From Klebsormidium nitens (lineage: Eukaryota; Plantae; Klebsormidiophyceae), in contig DF237104.1 of assembly GCA_000708835.1 (NCBI GenBank), positions 103,101-167,100 of the forward strand: a DNA stretch of 64,000 bases, given 5' to 3'. Of the stretch, positions 1 through 13,131 are shown piece by piece. The notes beneath the pieces were generated by a model. The model did not search any database, was not told the DNA's origin, and saw only the letters and a program-made list of their open reading frames with translations. The stretch's first letter is position 1. Each line of letters begins with the position of its first letter. The position numbers and the translations under genes are program-made.

Positions 1-581
1 TGAGGGCCTGTGCTTTCAAGAAAAAGGCTCTATGCTGGTGGCCGTTGGTCAACTGCAAGCGTTAGGATCATCCTGAATGCGCCACACAGATTTCCCTGCG
101 TCTGTCTCCATATCTTCATATGTCAAGTTACCTCTTTGATCGTGGTGGTGGTAAGTTCGTTGGCCCACTTCTTAGTGAGCGGTCCCATGACGCCACTCCC
201 TTCTTTTCTACATTACTTTCTTGCAATTCATCTATGATGACACCGACAGTTTCGTCGTTTTCCTTCTCGCCGATCGCGCCCCCACTCACCCCCAGAGCTC
301 AGTCACATGAGAAAGGTCACGCTTTCAGCAAGCATCGTGCACAGGCATCAACTCCAGGTGTCAAAACCTTGCCTTTTCCTCCTGCATGTGCAGCGCTTCT
401 TTCCGAGCTTCGCCAATCGCCGCGCCATCTCGGGGGAGTTCCTGACCCTTTGCACCACTGTTCAAGGGATCCGCATCCAAGCCAGCTTCAGCTTTGCCAA
501 CCTCCTCCCTTTCAGGGCAGTCCCCAAGCATAATTTGCACTCGCCCCAACGGATTCGCATCCAAGCCAGCTCCTTTTAATC

Positions 582-3500
582 ATGGCTTGCACAAGAAAGG
601 CCGCCGTCGGGCTTCTCACTTTCCTTGTAGCATCGGCCGTCTTGATATTCTTTCTGACCACTCAATCAGATGTCCAAATGCCACCCGTCGTCGTCCAAAA
701 GCCCTTAGATGGCGCCCCGAGAGACCAAACCCAGCCGCAAACCAGCTGGTCAGGCCTGCTAACCCACCGGGATGCGGAGTACCTGCCTGAGAAGGGGGGG
801 GAGTCCCCTTACTTCAAGCGGCATATGTCGGGCGCGCTCCAGGGTCAGCGAGTGTATTGGGAGAAACTTGTGCGGCAGGCATTGGGGGGAAACAAAAGGC
901 GGTCGCTTCTGGCGGTTCAGAATCTGCCAATCAACGGGACCTTAGAGACTGGGTAAGAATCTGCTTCTTCACTTTCGCCAGTCAGTGTTCCTCTTGCGGC
1001 AGCCCAGGCAATAGGGAGGAGCCAAACAGGGTGCGTGCAAGAAAGAGACGAGTTCTGTTGGTCTTGGCTTTTCATTTCGTGCTGGAGGGTGAAAGGCCTC
1101 ACATGCTCTGTTGTGCACACTGAGGCGTTCGATTTTTTGTATTTAAAAGTTTCCAGCTTTGATTGTACATTGGTACACTGCACCTGAGCGCTCATCCCCA
1201 CAATTGGAAACAAATCATACGCTCTGCTGACACAGTCGTGCCCTCTCTTTCTTGTGGAAGCTTGATGTGACAGCTGCGCTTCAGCACTCCCCCTTCCTAA
1301 AAGCTTACCTCAGCACTTTACACATACTCCAGACAGTCATCATGTATGTGAGCAGCTTTCCACGAAAAATCGAAAAATCGAAAAATCGAACATGAGCCTG
1401 ACATCTTTTTTCCACCATGAAACTCTACAGGAACTACTTTGTGACTATGCAGCTGGGCACTCCCCCTCAGAACGTGACGCTGCTCCTCGACACTGGCAGC
1501 TCTCTCTTCTGGGTCGAATGCAACACCTGCGCCGATTGCACCGGGCTGACCGAAGTGAGTAACTCCTGTGCACTGCTTTCCAAAGTTTGAGGTGAAAATA
1601 CCGAGGAATGTGATCGAGGATTCTGAGCATCAGACACAGCTTCTGTTTTTCTTCAGGCACCAAGACAGTCTTTCGAGCCAAGCCTCTTTTCGATCCCTAT
1701 CTCAGAATAAGTGGGCAGTGCCTGTATTGCCGTTGTTCATTTGTGAGCTTCAATGAGAACCGGCCTCCGATTCAATTGCTAAGTCGAGTCTCCCGTGTCA
1801 AGCTCCTGTGTACACAGCCCCTCTCCGACACTTACTGCTTGCTCTTAACTGCTTTTGTCAGACCTCCTAGCTTCAGGATATAGGGTCCCAGCCTTTGCTG
1901 TCCTTAGCAGTGAGCAATCAGTCCGATTCGGAGTCCCCCCTTCTCACCAAAAGACTCCTCAACAACTTTTTCAATACCACTCACCTCTTGAATAAGGGAA
2001 CAGCCTTCCAGCGCCAATCGTCTTTATGCGCCTTCACTTGGTAGACGTGGTAATCAAGCAATACACTTACCTCTTACCACAGAGAACAGCCTTCCAGCCC
2101 CAGCTGTCGTCATCCATCATCACGGCTGGCTGCGTCAATCTCTCCAACTGCGAGTAGGGTTCTTCGGCAGTTCCACTCATGGTGGTAGCTCCCCAAACCC
2201 ATCCTTAACCTGAGGCTCTAACCACCCCTTATCGCTTACTACAGAGGACAGCCTTCCAGCCCCAGCTGTCGTCATCCATCGTCACGCCCGGCTGCTCAAT
2301 ACCCCCAAACTACGAGTACGGTTTCTACCGCAGTCTTCTTCATGGTGGTAGCTCCCCTAACCCGTCCCTAACCTGAGTTCCTAACCATCACTTACATCTT
2401 CTCACAGAGAACAGCCTTCCAGCCCCAGCTGTCGTTATCCATTGTCACGCCCGGCTGCGGCAACTGCCCCGACTACGAGTACGGCCTTTGCGCCAGCTCA
2501 CCCAACGTGGCAGACCCGTCGGAGCTCGACGCGTGCTTCAGCCTGTGCGCCGCGAACCAGAAGCAGTGCTACTACGGGTACTCGTACGGCGACGGCAGCC
2601 AGACGGGGGGGTATATCCAGAAGGACATCCTGACGGTGCCCAGCTCGAACTCGTCCGCGGTCTTCTCGAACATCACCTTCGGGTAAGGAGCTTGACTGAT
2701 GATGTCACCTTCGGGTAATCGCGTACTGCCAACGCTGTGCGTGTAGCCTCGTGGTTGATAAAGAGATTATGGTCATCGGGTAGTGTGGCTTTCAGTATTT
2801 CGTGGTTTTGCGTAGCTTTCTCTCCTATCTCTTTGTTTCCTCCCTCCTCTCCTCTGTTGGGACCCGGGCAGGTCACGAAGACATAGCTCTTGGGGTCGGA
2901 AAGTCGAAACGTGACCTTATGATTGCTGTCAGCAAGCTGTAGCGAAAGATAAACCGCCCTCTCCCATCTGATAACCGTCAATGAGCAGGTGTTTTCAACA
3001 TCACTTCATTATGCATTTTCGCGAAGCTATTATCCTAATCCCTAGTGCGATTATCTGGCGGCGATTTTAACGATCCGGACACAACCCAACTGATCGTGGG
3101 GCCCTCCATTTCGTCCCTGGATTCTAGGTTTAAGCAACTGTGTCGTGCAACGGCACTTCATTTCAGCATTTCCAGCTAACCAGATTTCTTCCAACCCCAG
3201 GTGCAATTATCTGGCGGCCGATCCCAACAACCCGGACACGACCCAACTGATTGTGGGGCCCCAAATTTCGGGCCTGGTCGGGCTGGGCAAGAGCAACTAC
3301 TCGGTGCAAAACCAGCTGGCGTCAGCGGGCGTCATCTCGTCCACGTTCTCGGTGTGCATGGCTGGCGTGGAGGGCGGGGGCGTGTTCACACTGGGCAACT
3401 CGTCGCGGGTCGTCCCCGGGATGCAGTACATCCCCATGGGCACCCACCCAGAGTGAGACGCACATGCCTCGGTGTGAATGCTCTCTTACGAATTGGCCAT

Positions 3501-6500
3501 GGTCCTTCAGAGCGGGTTTGCGCTCTCTTCTATTGTTTTGAAAGAGGGAGGAAAATGTAGCAAAGAGGGACGGGGTTGGAAATGAAATCCTGGCCAGTTG
3601 AGTTGCCTACATCGCCCGCCTTCTGTTGTGTCGCCTCGTCTTAGGTTCCCATGAGCTGCCCCTCCGACTATGCGCTTGTGGTATATCTTCTGTGAGCACC
3701 TCTGTTGAAGTTCGCTTTACCCTCTCCTTCCCCCAGAAACCACAACGTCACGCTTCCGACTATGTTTTGGCGTGATGTCTCTTGTTAACTATCCCTAGTA
3801 GTCCTCGAGCACCAACAGCTCATTGCTTGCGGGCTTTCTGGGTGCAATTTGTTGATCCTAGAGTGTCCCTCTCCTTTTCACTCCTCGTCACTCTCGCGGG
3901 CATCTTCGTGAGCGAAGCTATCCGTAAAAACCCTCTTGTTTGCTCTTGGGGGCGTCTTCTGTTACAAAGATTTGCGGTTTCTCCTCGTCTTCTTTTCAGG
4001 TAGTATAAGGTCACGCTCGCGGATATCTTCGTGAGCCCCATCAGCATAAACCAGCGTGCATCCTGAAGGCACCTCTACCGATTCTCAAACGAGTTCATGT
4101 CGGATCTCTTTATCCATTCTTAAGTGCTTCCCTCGTTTTCCTCCCAGATTATACAACGTCACGGTCGCGGGCATCGTTGTGGGCGCTCCCAGCTTATACT
4201 TAGCACTCCCAACTTATACTCGCGTGCGTTTAAAGGACCAAGTCTCCAATGAGAACTCAGCGAACCTCTTTACCGATTCCGAAGTTCTCTCCATTACCCC
4301 CAGGTTTTACAACGTCACGCTCGCGGCCATTTCTGTGGGCACCACGCCGCTGCCCATCGCGCCGTCCGTCTTCTTCCTGCAGCCGCCCATCAGCCGGTTC
4401 CGCCGCGCGAATCCGTTCTTCCTGCCGGACGCCATCTTCGACACCGGAACGTCCTTCACCATCCTGGCCGACGCGGCGTATCAGGCGCTCGTACAAGGGG
4501 TAAGTTTGCCTCAAGGTTACAGGGTTTCCAACTTTCAAGTCTTAGGGATGAAGGGGGCTTTTGCTTGTCGCAGTCTGCGTCATACAGTATCGCATATCGC
4601 CTTGAAACGGGATATTGATTGGAGTATCTGCTTCATGATGGAATGAAAGCGTGAGTTATTGGGATGTACATTTGGTTCGATCGTACTTCTGGTAGGTAGG
4701 TCATCCGTTCGTTATATTTGACCTACTTCCGATACCTGACCGTCGATCCCTGAGAGTGAGCTTGAGCCGTGCGATCGTGTGGTTCGAGGCCTTCGGCGTG
4801 CGGTCGGTGATATAATCGGGCTTGAGATGGTTTTCTCTCGTCTTAGGTTTACCGCCTTTCTTCCTCCTCTTCTTCTTTTGTGCCTCTTTCAAATTGCAAG
4901 GGTTCGTTTTCCTTTGCCAGTGGTTAAGCCCAACCCAGGCGTTGAGGGCACGTAAGGGTTAGCATTGGGGTTGGGAATATGGTTAGGGTTAGTTTAGGGT
5001 GAAGTTTAGGTAAGGATTAGGGTTTCACATTTTCAGAATCTGACTGCAGGATGTGTCTCGGGGCTAGGAGTCTTCGGTTGAAAGTCTGTCTTACTTGGCC
5101 TTGCTTCCTCTGCTCATATTGCGCCACGTGTCCCCGCCTGGTAGCGCGCCCCTCGTTGGGTCCCTCGCTCCCCGTTACCCAAGCATGCCCATCCATCTTT
5201 TGCAGTTTTTGAGGAGCGCTCCTGTGGGGAATGCTCCGGTCTACATCGACCAATACGGGTGCATTGGGTCCACTCCGGCTCAATTTGCGCCACGTGTCTC
5301 CACTTAGTAGCGCGCCCCTCGTCTTGTCCCTTGCTCCCCGTTACCCAAGCATGCCCACCATGTTTTGCAGTTTTTGAGGAGCGCTCCTGTGGGGTATGCT
5401 CCGGTCTACATCGACCAGTACGGGTACATTGTGTCTATCTCCGGGGGCCCGACGGGTAACGCGGCGCCCGCCCCGACCGCCGTCATCTCCGAGCCGGGCG
5501 TCCCGCGCACCAACAGCACCTCTGCGCCGAATCAGCTGTGCTTCAACATCCCCGTGAGAGAGTGAGTCGTCGCGATGTGATTCATTTCCTCATTTCATGT
5601 TGATTTAGGCGCAGGTTGAGATTGACCAACCCTTTGGGCTCAAGTGAAGAAAAACTCTATTTCCAAAGTTGATATGCTCCGCACCCGTACTCACCCTACC
5701 CAACCTCAACCCGTTTCCGGGCATGACCCAACTCAACGTAGCCGTAACTCAACATAGAATTGACTACTTCTCTGCAGGGACACTCGCATTGCAGATGTCA
5801 AGACTGCCTACAACTTGTGTTTGTTTTCGACGAATGGTCACACCGGTAGTGATTGCGTCTTTGTGCCTGACCTGTAGCTGTCAAGCGGTCTGCAGTTGGA
5901 TCTCGTTGTGTCACCATGTTTTTGTCTGGCGTCTGTGTGTCTGTGTCCTTCTATCCTTGTTGTATCCTTGTTGTCCCGTTAGATAGCCAACAACACTTCG
6001 TCGCTCCGCTAGCTGTGCTTCAATATTCCCGCCGGGCAGTTCCTCCTTTAGGAATCAAATGTGGTTGCTCGATTGGATTCCCAGTCATTAAAAGGATGAA
6101 GGACATTGAGCGGCCGTCTGCTGCATCCCGTGATTTCTTCATCTGTTACATGTTCTTCTCGGGCGTTTTTGGAATCTGCTTGAATCTCATTTGTCATGAA
6201 TCGGCATCAGAGAAGTGGGCCTTCACCGCTCTGCGCACGTTCCCATCCATTCTCCAATTTCTTGTTGATTGACCGAACGTGTCCCCATGCTGATTCACGA
6301 CTTCAGGGAGCACGGGAGGGCTGCATCCGGCACACTAGCGCTCGTCTCCTTTTCGCATCTGCCGCTTATCTATCCTCGATCTCCTTGCTGTTTCGTCATT
6401 CGTGAGGGGTTGTTTGCTCATCTCCGCAATGGACCAGGATTCTTCTTGTTTGCATTGCCCTCTTTCCATTTTCGAGCGGCGTTTCTTGGGGTGATAGGAA

Positions 6501-8286
6501 GCGGCTCCGACGTGCTGGGGCAAAAGCGACCGTCCAATGTCAAACTTGTAAGATTACTCTCATCCTCCTCCTCCTCGTCCCTTTATATTTTCTCTTCTCG
6601 TACTCTTTATCTTGTCTTGTAGACCCCGCTAAAGCCTCTGCAAACCAACGTGCAGGATCGGGCCACTTGGCCAGATTGACGTCAGCGGCTTCCCCAACGT
6701 GACGTTCAGCTTCGTCAACTCGGAGGCGCTGCTGACGGTCGACCCGAACGACTACATGTACATTTTCCAGTCGTCCGATCTCACCGGCTTGAACCAGGCG
6801 ATCCTAGCGTGCCCCACATTCATATCGGACGGCGGAGGAGGGACTACCATCCTCGGAGGTATGCTCAATAAAACTCAGGAAAGATAATAGTAAGCTCCGA
6901 TTAACACTAAAAACCCTAACCCAAAAAGACACCCGCTCCGCACCCGTACCCACCCTAACCACCAAACTAACCCTACCTGTCCCAGTTGGTTACCTTACTA
7001 TTATCGTGGCTTACTAATATCTTTCTTGAGTTTGATGTATGCTCACGCTTCCTTCCTCGTTGCCTCCATTACGGAGGTTACGACTCTCAAAAGACGCTAA
7101 GGAACAAATACGGGGTATGCTCAGGCTTCCTTCCTTGTTGCCTCCATTACTGAGGTTACATTTCTCTGAACTGCTAAGGCACAAGAGATGGAATGCTCGG
7201 GTTTTCTTTCTCATTGCCACCTTTTTCGATGTCACACCTCTACCCTACTCTTTGGCGCCCAGCTCGACTCAGCTCTGTCTTTACGCTCCTCCCGCTTGTC
7301 ATAAAATACAGCAACTTCATCGCTTTTTCTGAAATTGCCAAAAACGTCTCAAAAACGCTAAAGCACAAGACTGGTAACCTCAGGCTTCCTTCCTCGTTGC
7401 CTCCACTATCGACGTTACATATGTCAAAGGCGCGAAGGCATCCTTGTCAATGAAGTCTCATACCGACCCCATACCCACCCGTTATGAAATGGTTATGAAA
7501 TGAAGAGAGGGGGACTACTCTATCGCTAACCCTAGTCAATGTTTGCGGGATCCTTGAAGACGCGAACCTGGAGTGCATTTTGTTCCTCTTCATTCGGGAA
7601 GTCAGTCTTTTCCGCAACCCGTCCCTGCCGCTTGGGAGATTCCACAGCAACTATTCGTGTATCACAGTCGAGGACGTTGCGCTTACAAATTCGGTCGGTA
7701 TTTTTTCGTGTCGAAAGTAAGTGTTGTCACTCGTTGCGCAGAGTACACGATGCGGAATCACTTCTTCGTCTTCGATACGGCGGCCCGCCGCATCGGCGTC
7801 GCCCCCGTTACATGTGAGTCACCCAACTTTGCAACAGCACTTCTAAGAAGTGTTTGCTTCTCTGCTGGCAAAGCGAAGTAGCATGGCTTCGCTGTTTGTT
7901 GCGCCAGCGGTTTTCAGTACGTGCATTGTGCTGCACGAAGGACAGTACGGCTCGACGCGTCGAAAGATGATACGGTCCGTTAACGGTGACTGAGGGAGGT
8001 CGGTGTTGGGCGTTGATGCCTGAGGATTATTTCCCGGGAGCAGAAACAGGTTCCTTGGCAGTTGAAAGGAGAAGTGGAATCCGTTGTGGGTAACGGAGAC
8101 AGGGGCCGTTCTCGATGCTGTCAAGAAAAGGGCAAGTGCTCGCTCCGTCGTTGGAGAGATCTCCTCTTTCTTTGCGGAACGCTCTGCCGCTTTGATGTAG
8201 AGAATCCGCCCGTGCAACCTCCGATTTTAGGATGGTTATTGAACCGAGTTGCTTGCTCATCTGCTGCAGGCTCAAATTACACATAA
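582..8286 (+). CDS. A1 (pepsin-like, plant nepenthesin/TAXi-type) aspartic protease, 9 exons, about 566 aa
   Basis: Exons 582-952, 1431-1554, 2408-2682, 3201-3452, 4304-4499, 5371-5561, 6656-6858, 7742-7813, 8270-8286, all GT-AG and phase-consistent (1701 nt). N-terminal hydrophobic anchor; YFVTMQLGTPPQ...LLDTGS (first catalytic Asp); YGDGS flap; IFDTGT (second catalytic Asp); ILG; FDTAARRIGVAPVTC C-terminus. The last tiny exon is the least certain. Confidence 0.92.
2070..2407 (+). repeat. Two decayed ~163-bp tandem copies of the acceptor plus first ~80 nt of protease exon 3
   Basis: CACAGAGAACAGCCTTCCAGCCCCAGCTGTCGT recurs near 2078, 2241 and 2403 (functional), with a weaker copy near 1995. 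Confidence 0.9.
4961..5025 (+). repeat. Degenerate telomere-like (TTAGGG/TTTAGGG) interstitial tract in an intron
   Basis: ggttagggttagtttagggtgaagtttaggtaaggattagggttt. Confidence 0.6.
6874..7030 (+). mobile_element. MITE-like element, copy 1 (in aspartic protease intron 7)
   Basis: Ends CTCAGGAAAGATAATAGTAAGC / GCTTACTAATATCTTTCTTGAG are inverted repeats; the interior is nearly the same as 13745-13920. Confidence 0.8.
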
Positions 8287-10188
8287 TTGCGGTCGGGGAA
8301 GCTTTCCCGGGGCCCTTCGAAGGCAATCTGCGGGCCCAGCTGTGACCGGGGACGCGCCTCCGGTGGCCTCAACAAAGATGGATAGTATTTAAGCAAGAAA
8401 GCATTTGTCCAGATGGGGGGGAAACTTTTTGCGAGAGGATATAACGATTCGCAGGAGAGATGAGTTGGACTTTTCGCAACCGGGAAGCATAATTTTCAGA
8501 AGCGCGTGCTTCTCGGTCATGGTCGACTTGTCCTATTCTTCCGAGAGGGTGCGTATTTATTTTGACGGCAGCAACTCGTTGTAATAAGGTTGGAGAATAC
8601 GGGCTGCAAGATGAGAAACAAAATCGTAAAGGTGGAAAAGACACGAAGGAATGATCGTCGTCCATAGCAAGGCACACCTTCTCGTCAGTGATATTGTGGC
8701 GAGGGACAGCCAGCGTTTTGTTGATGTAGGAGCGGATATACCGCCTTTATTTCTAGTTCCCGTGTAAACAGCCAGCTCGCGCTCGCTAGCCCGACAAGAA
8801 GAGCTTTTCCTAGGTCGTGCAAAGATCTTACTAATTGTGCTCACTTAGTAAAAGCTGAATATACACGGATCTTTCCATCCAGACACAGACATACATTGTT
8901 CAGACGCTTGAATTCTGTTAGTCTAGGAATTTTGCAAATATCTGCCTCCAGTTTGCGCGCTCGGACCATGACCGCATACCAGAGAACCTCCAGAGAACCT
9001 CCGCTCCCGGCCGTCCTCTTAAACGGCGAATCTGACGTGTATGCACTATCTGTGGACTCCACTTAAGAAGGCTGGGGTCGAATCCGACATCCAAATATGG
9101 CACGATCCGATCATGATCTAGGCGTGCACTGCATGACCCGTTGTGTTTTCAAAAAGACATAAGTTGCAGATTCCGGAAAGGCGAACCATACGTGTGTGCT
9201 GCCGCTCAAACAATCAATCCTTGACGCTTGTCATTCAGGGCATTTCGAACACATGGTCTTTCGCAAAAAGGGTTGTCCCAACGATCGACGCCCGAATTAC
9301 GCACATGTTTTGCGCGTGTTACGGCTTGACGAAGCCGGTTCTCCTATCCACACTGACATGCTCTGATATACATGCGGCCCGCGTATACATTGAATCAAGA
9401 TGCATGATGATCTGACACCGGTACGTCGCGCTTAGGTATGAAATGATACTATCGAGCTGACGGTAGACAACGACGGTAGCTGAGGGCTTCAGAGGGGCGC
9501 GCCGGTACGTGTGCATGTGCATGTGCATGTGTTTTGAGTGTATGAGTAATTAGTTAAGTTTGGGTCGACACGTGTGATCGCAAGTGAATCAGAAACGCAT
9601 AAAACTGAGAAAAATGTGGTTTACCCGGCCTCCGCTGCTCACTGAGGGTTGACAATGATTGCCTGTCAGATAATACTATAAGTTACATATCCGCCGCATG
9701 CTGTATACTACTATAGCGCCTGCGCCTCAACTTTTAGCTCATGCTCTAGCTCTGTCCTGCGCTTAAGCTTTCCTGCAAGTATCCTTACTCTCACGATATG
9801 CGTACTACTACGGTCCGCCGTATTCAATCATCGCTTCTAGAGCATGCTAGCTTAAGCTTTCGAGCTAGTCCTGGATCACCACTACGTACTGCAAAACTCA
9901 TTCTATCAAATTCTCAGCTTATGATCAATAAAGGACTCTTTACTCCACTGCTCAGTCACGTCTCTCGGATGAAGCTATCGCTCGTATCGATGGATCTCTA
10001 ACCACTTAAAGTACCACTTGGAAACTCGACTTCATAGATTAAGGTTTAACTAGCAAAATTGTTGACGCTACCTCCAACTCGCAAGCTCTTGCTGTTCGCC
10101 CTGACAAAGCCAAGTCAGTCCAAAACAGCCGACCAGCGCGCACGGCCACAGCTCGTGGCGCCACTTGGCTCAAAGCAGCTGGCCCATT

Positions 10189-13131
10189 TTAGTTGGCCCT
10201 GATGGAATGTATCCTCCGGAGTGATTTTCCAGCGCTCGTTTTGGGGTCTGCTTCGAGCTCCAAGACGTCGAGACCCCGGACGGCCTTCTTCAGATACTTG
10301 GGATACCTGAGATTGGAGAAAGTCGTCAGCATCGGCCTCAGTTTGGAACTCCAGAAGCCAGGCTTTTGAGGGTTAGAGCTCTGGGTTATCTTAAATTTCG
10401 AGATAACAGCAATCGGTTTGCAGACACCAAGCAGCAGGTGTGGGACTTTGCGCGAGCCAAGTTTCGGAGTACAGAGGAACCAAAGACGGCACTCGTTGCC
10501 TTTGACCTGGTGTTACGTACGATTCTCGGCATCCAGCTTCAAGAGAAATCATTTCCTTTCGGACAAAAGCTAGAGCCCGGACTTTCAGCCGCCCACTCCC
10601 GACTCCAGCACAAACCTTTGGCAAGTTCGCATGCAGTTTTGACTAGCTGATGACCAACTTTGGCTACTTGAAACACGATCGTTCATACGGTCTACAACGG
10701 ACGAACAGAGTTGGATTAGGACAGCAAGAGCGTCCGTTCGGACACAGAATACGCTCGTCCGGACGTCCGGGCACCATACAGCTTACAACGGACAAACAGA
10801 GTTGGATTAGGACAGCAAGAGCGTCCGTTCGGACACAGAACACGCTCACTCGGACGTCCGGGCACTCACCAGAAGTGGTCGAAGAGGAACTTGATGGGCG
10901 CTGGGATGCCCGCGCGAAACTCCTTCTCGACGTAGTCCTTGCCCGCCCACTTGTACATGGAGTGAACGACCCAGGGACCCATCTTGGCGTTCCCGCTCAA
11001 ACCTGCGGCCTTGATAATCTGGTCCACCAGCTGCAACAGCGGTTAAGGAAGGGTTAGAGCGGTCGGGAGAAGATTGGAGGGTTCAGCACAGAATATCTTG
11101 GGCGTTGCCGGTCAAATCTGCGGCCTTGATACTGTGGTCCACCAGCTGCAACAGCAGTTAAAGGAAGGGTTACAGCGGTCGGGGAGAGATTCAGGGTTGT
11201 TGATCATGAGGAAGACTGCTTTAGTAGGGGAAGGTTAGTGGAGGTTTCACGTGGTTGAGGCAGTGATGTATTCAGAGCAGGGAGAACAAGAGGGGCCATT
11301 GTTGCCTATGTTTGTAGGCGTAGATGCAGGAGAGTCTTTCTGGAGATTAAAGTGAGTCCGTTCGTTGAGAAGGCGAGGACTAAAAGCTGCGGTCTTTTTG
11401 CGGAAAAGCCACAGCCGCTGTGCTGTTCAACGCAGGCGGCTTCCCTCATTCCCAATTATATAGTGAGACATCCGAGCGCACCAGTTTTCACCGGCCTCCA
11501 TCAAAATCAATGGAATTGCTGCAGACCCAATTTGGAATATTGACCACTATCGCGAACCCACCTGGTGATGCTCCTCCTTGGTGAACTTCTCCTTGATCAC
11601 CGGCGTGAAGAACCGCTCCTCCTCCGCGATATGCTCCCTCAGTTCCGTAGCCAAGTGGGCGACCTTCTGCCTCAGCTCCTCTGCCACAAGTCGCCTCTCA
11701 CTCAGCGATGGTTCGGGGGCCCCCCGTTTGAGCGGCTTGAAACGCAGCTCCATGGCGCGAATCTCGTCCAGCATTCGGATCAGTTCCTCGTGGTCGGCGG
11801 CCATGCGCTCGGGGATGACGTCACAGCGGGCCTTGACGGCGGGGAAGAAGATGGTCTCCTCGATGTCGTGGTGGTGGTGGACCTGCGGGGTTAGCAATGC
11901 GGGTTAGCAGGTGGTTAACTGGTTGGAGAGGGGGTTGTCACAACACTTGGGTTTGCACACAGCTCTGGTCGTAACATTGAAGCGGAGGGGCTGCAAGAGG
12001 TTGTGGGAAAGCTCAAGTGCTAATGGCCCCAAATCCAGTTAGAAAGGTCACCAATCACCTAAGTACAGTACCAGTCGGCCACCATTCATATGAAGAGAAG
12101 AGATAATTACAAGTGACCATAGAGACGGCGGCAGCAGGTATGCGTTCTGCCCCTCAAAGTATCTCCAAACGAAGCAGAAGCAGATCGAAAGGACAAGCGA
12201 AAGCAGCTCCGAAAGTTCAGATCAAGGAGCTGGTATGCAGCTCACATTGGGGTAGAACCAGTCGTTGTACCACTTGAAGAAGGCCTTGACCTTCCAGGCC
12301 TGGGTTCCGTCAAAGAAGGGCACCTGCAGCAGACGCTCCATGCGCGCCAGGTCGTTGCGGATGGGCTCGTGCGGGGTCTGCAAGCAAACAGAAAAAGGTC
12401 TCATTCAGCTTCCTTGTTGGTAGCGTATGTGCTTTCTGTTTGGATTGCGACGGCCCCCAAAATCGACGGGACCACAACAACTGACGCAATCCGGCTGACC
12501 TTGAGCAAAGGGTGTGCATGCTGCGGTATGAAGGGACTTGAAATGGTTTCCGAAGCACGAGGGTGCTCAAGGAGTGACGCTGAAGCTCCTCAGCTAAGGA
12601 ACCGATCCGCTCATATGCAACCAACATTGTCCTTCAGATTGCTTTCAGGCGTGGGGAATGACCCAATGTCTGCCCACTCAAACCTTTTTGCGGTTTCCGC
12701 TGACAACTGTTCTTTGAAAGCATATGCGGCCAGGCAGATGCACAGGCATCCCGCTTGTTAAAGTCGACCATTCAAGATTGAGTCAAAGCAGCGGACAGAA
12801 TGCTGTCAGACACATGGTGCTAAAGACCAATCCGGTTACAGCAGCTATGTCCAAGTACAGGAAGGATTTGGCTGCTACCCAGGCTGGTTACGCAGACTAA
12901 AGTTTGGTTCATTGTCCAAAACCAGGCCATAACGATGTAAAATCTGTTTACTTCTCGAGTCTGGTCAATGAACATACAACCAGCTTCTAACCAGCCCGCA
13001 ACCGACCATGGCTGATTGCCAAAAAATCATGTGAAACTCACTAGCAGCGATGCGTCTGACCAATGGGTGACAACCGGGATCACAATGGAGGTGGGGCCGA
13101 AAAATGCAGGCACGTCCTTGGGTGGCGCCAT
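10189..13131 (-). CDS. Stand-alone hemerythrin/HHE cation-binding protein, paralog A, 5 exons, 273 aa
   Basis: Exons 13042-13131, 12246-12377, 11562-11882, 10870-11030, 10189-10306. Motifs PHEPIR, HHHHDIEE, ADHEEL and EHIAEEE match the H...HxxxE...H...HxxxE hemerythrin-like ligand pattern. Exon sizes are identical to paralog B. Confidence 0.9.
10694..10865. repeat. Two ~92-bp tandem units rich in CGTCCG/CGGACG in hemerythrin A intron 4
   Basis: acaacggac(g/a)aacagagttggattaggacagcaagagcgtccgttcggacacagaa occurs twice. Confidence 0.9.

Noticed and set aside
4961-5025. True chromosome end or telomere
   Set aside because: Short, degenerate and inside an intron of an intact gene.
8918-9103. LINE ORF2 C-terminal remnant (W...R.NWR)
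   Set aside because: Too short, with no RT or endonuclease motifs nearby.
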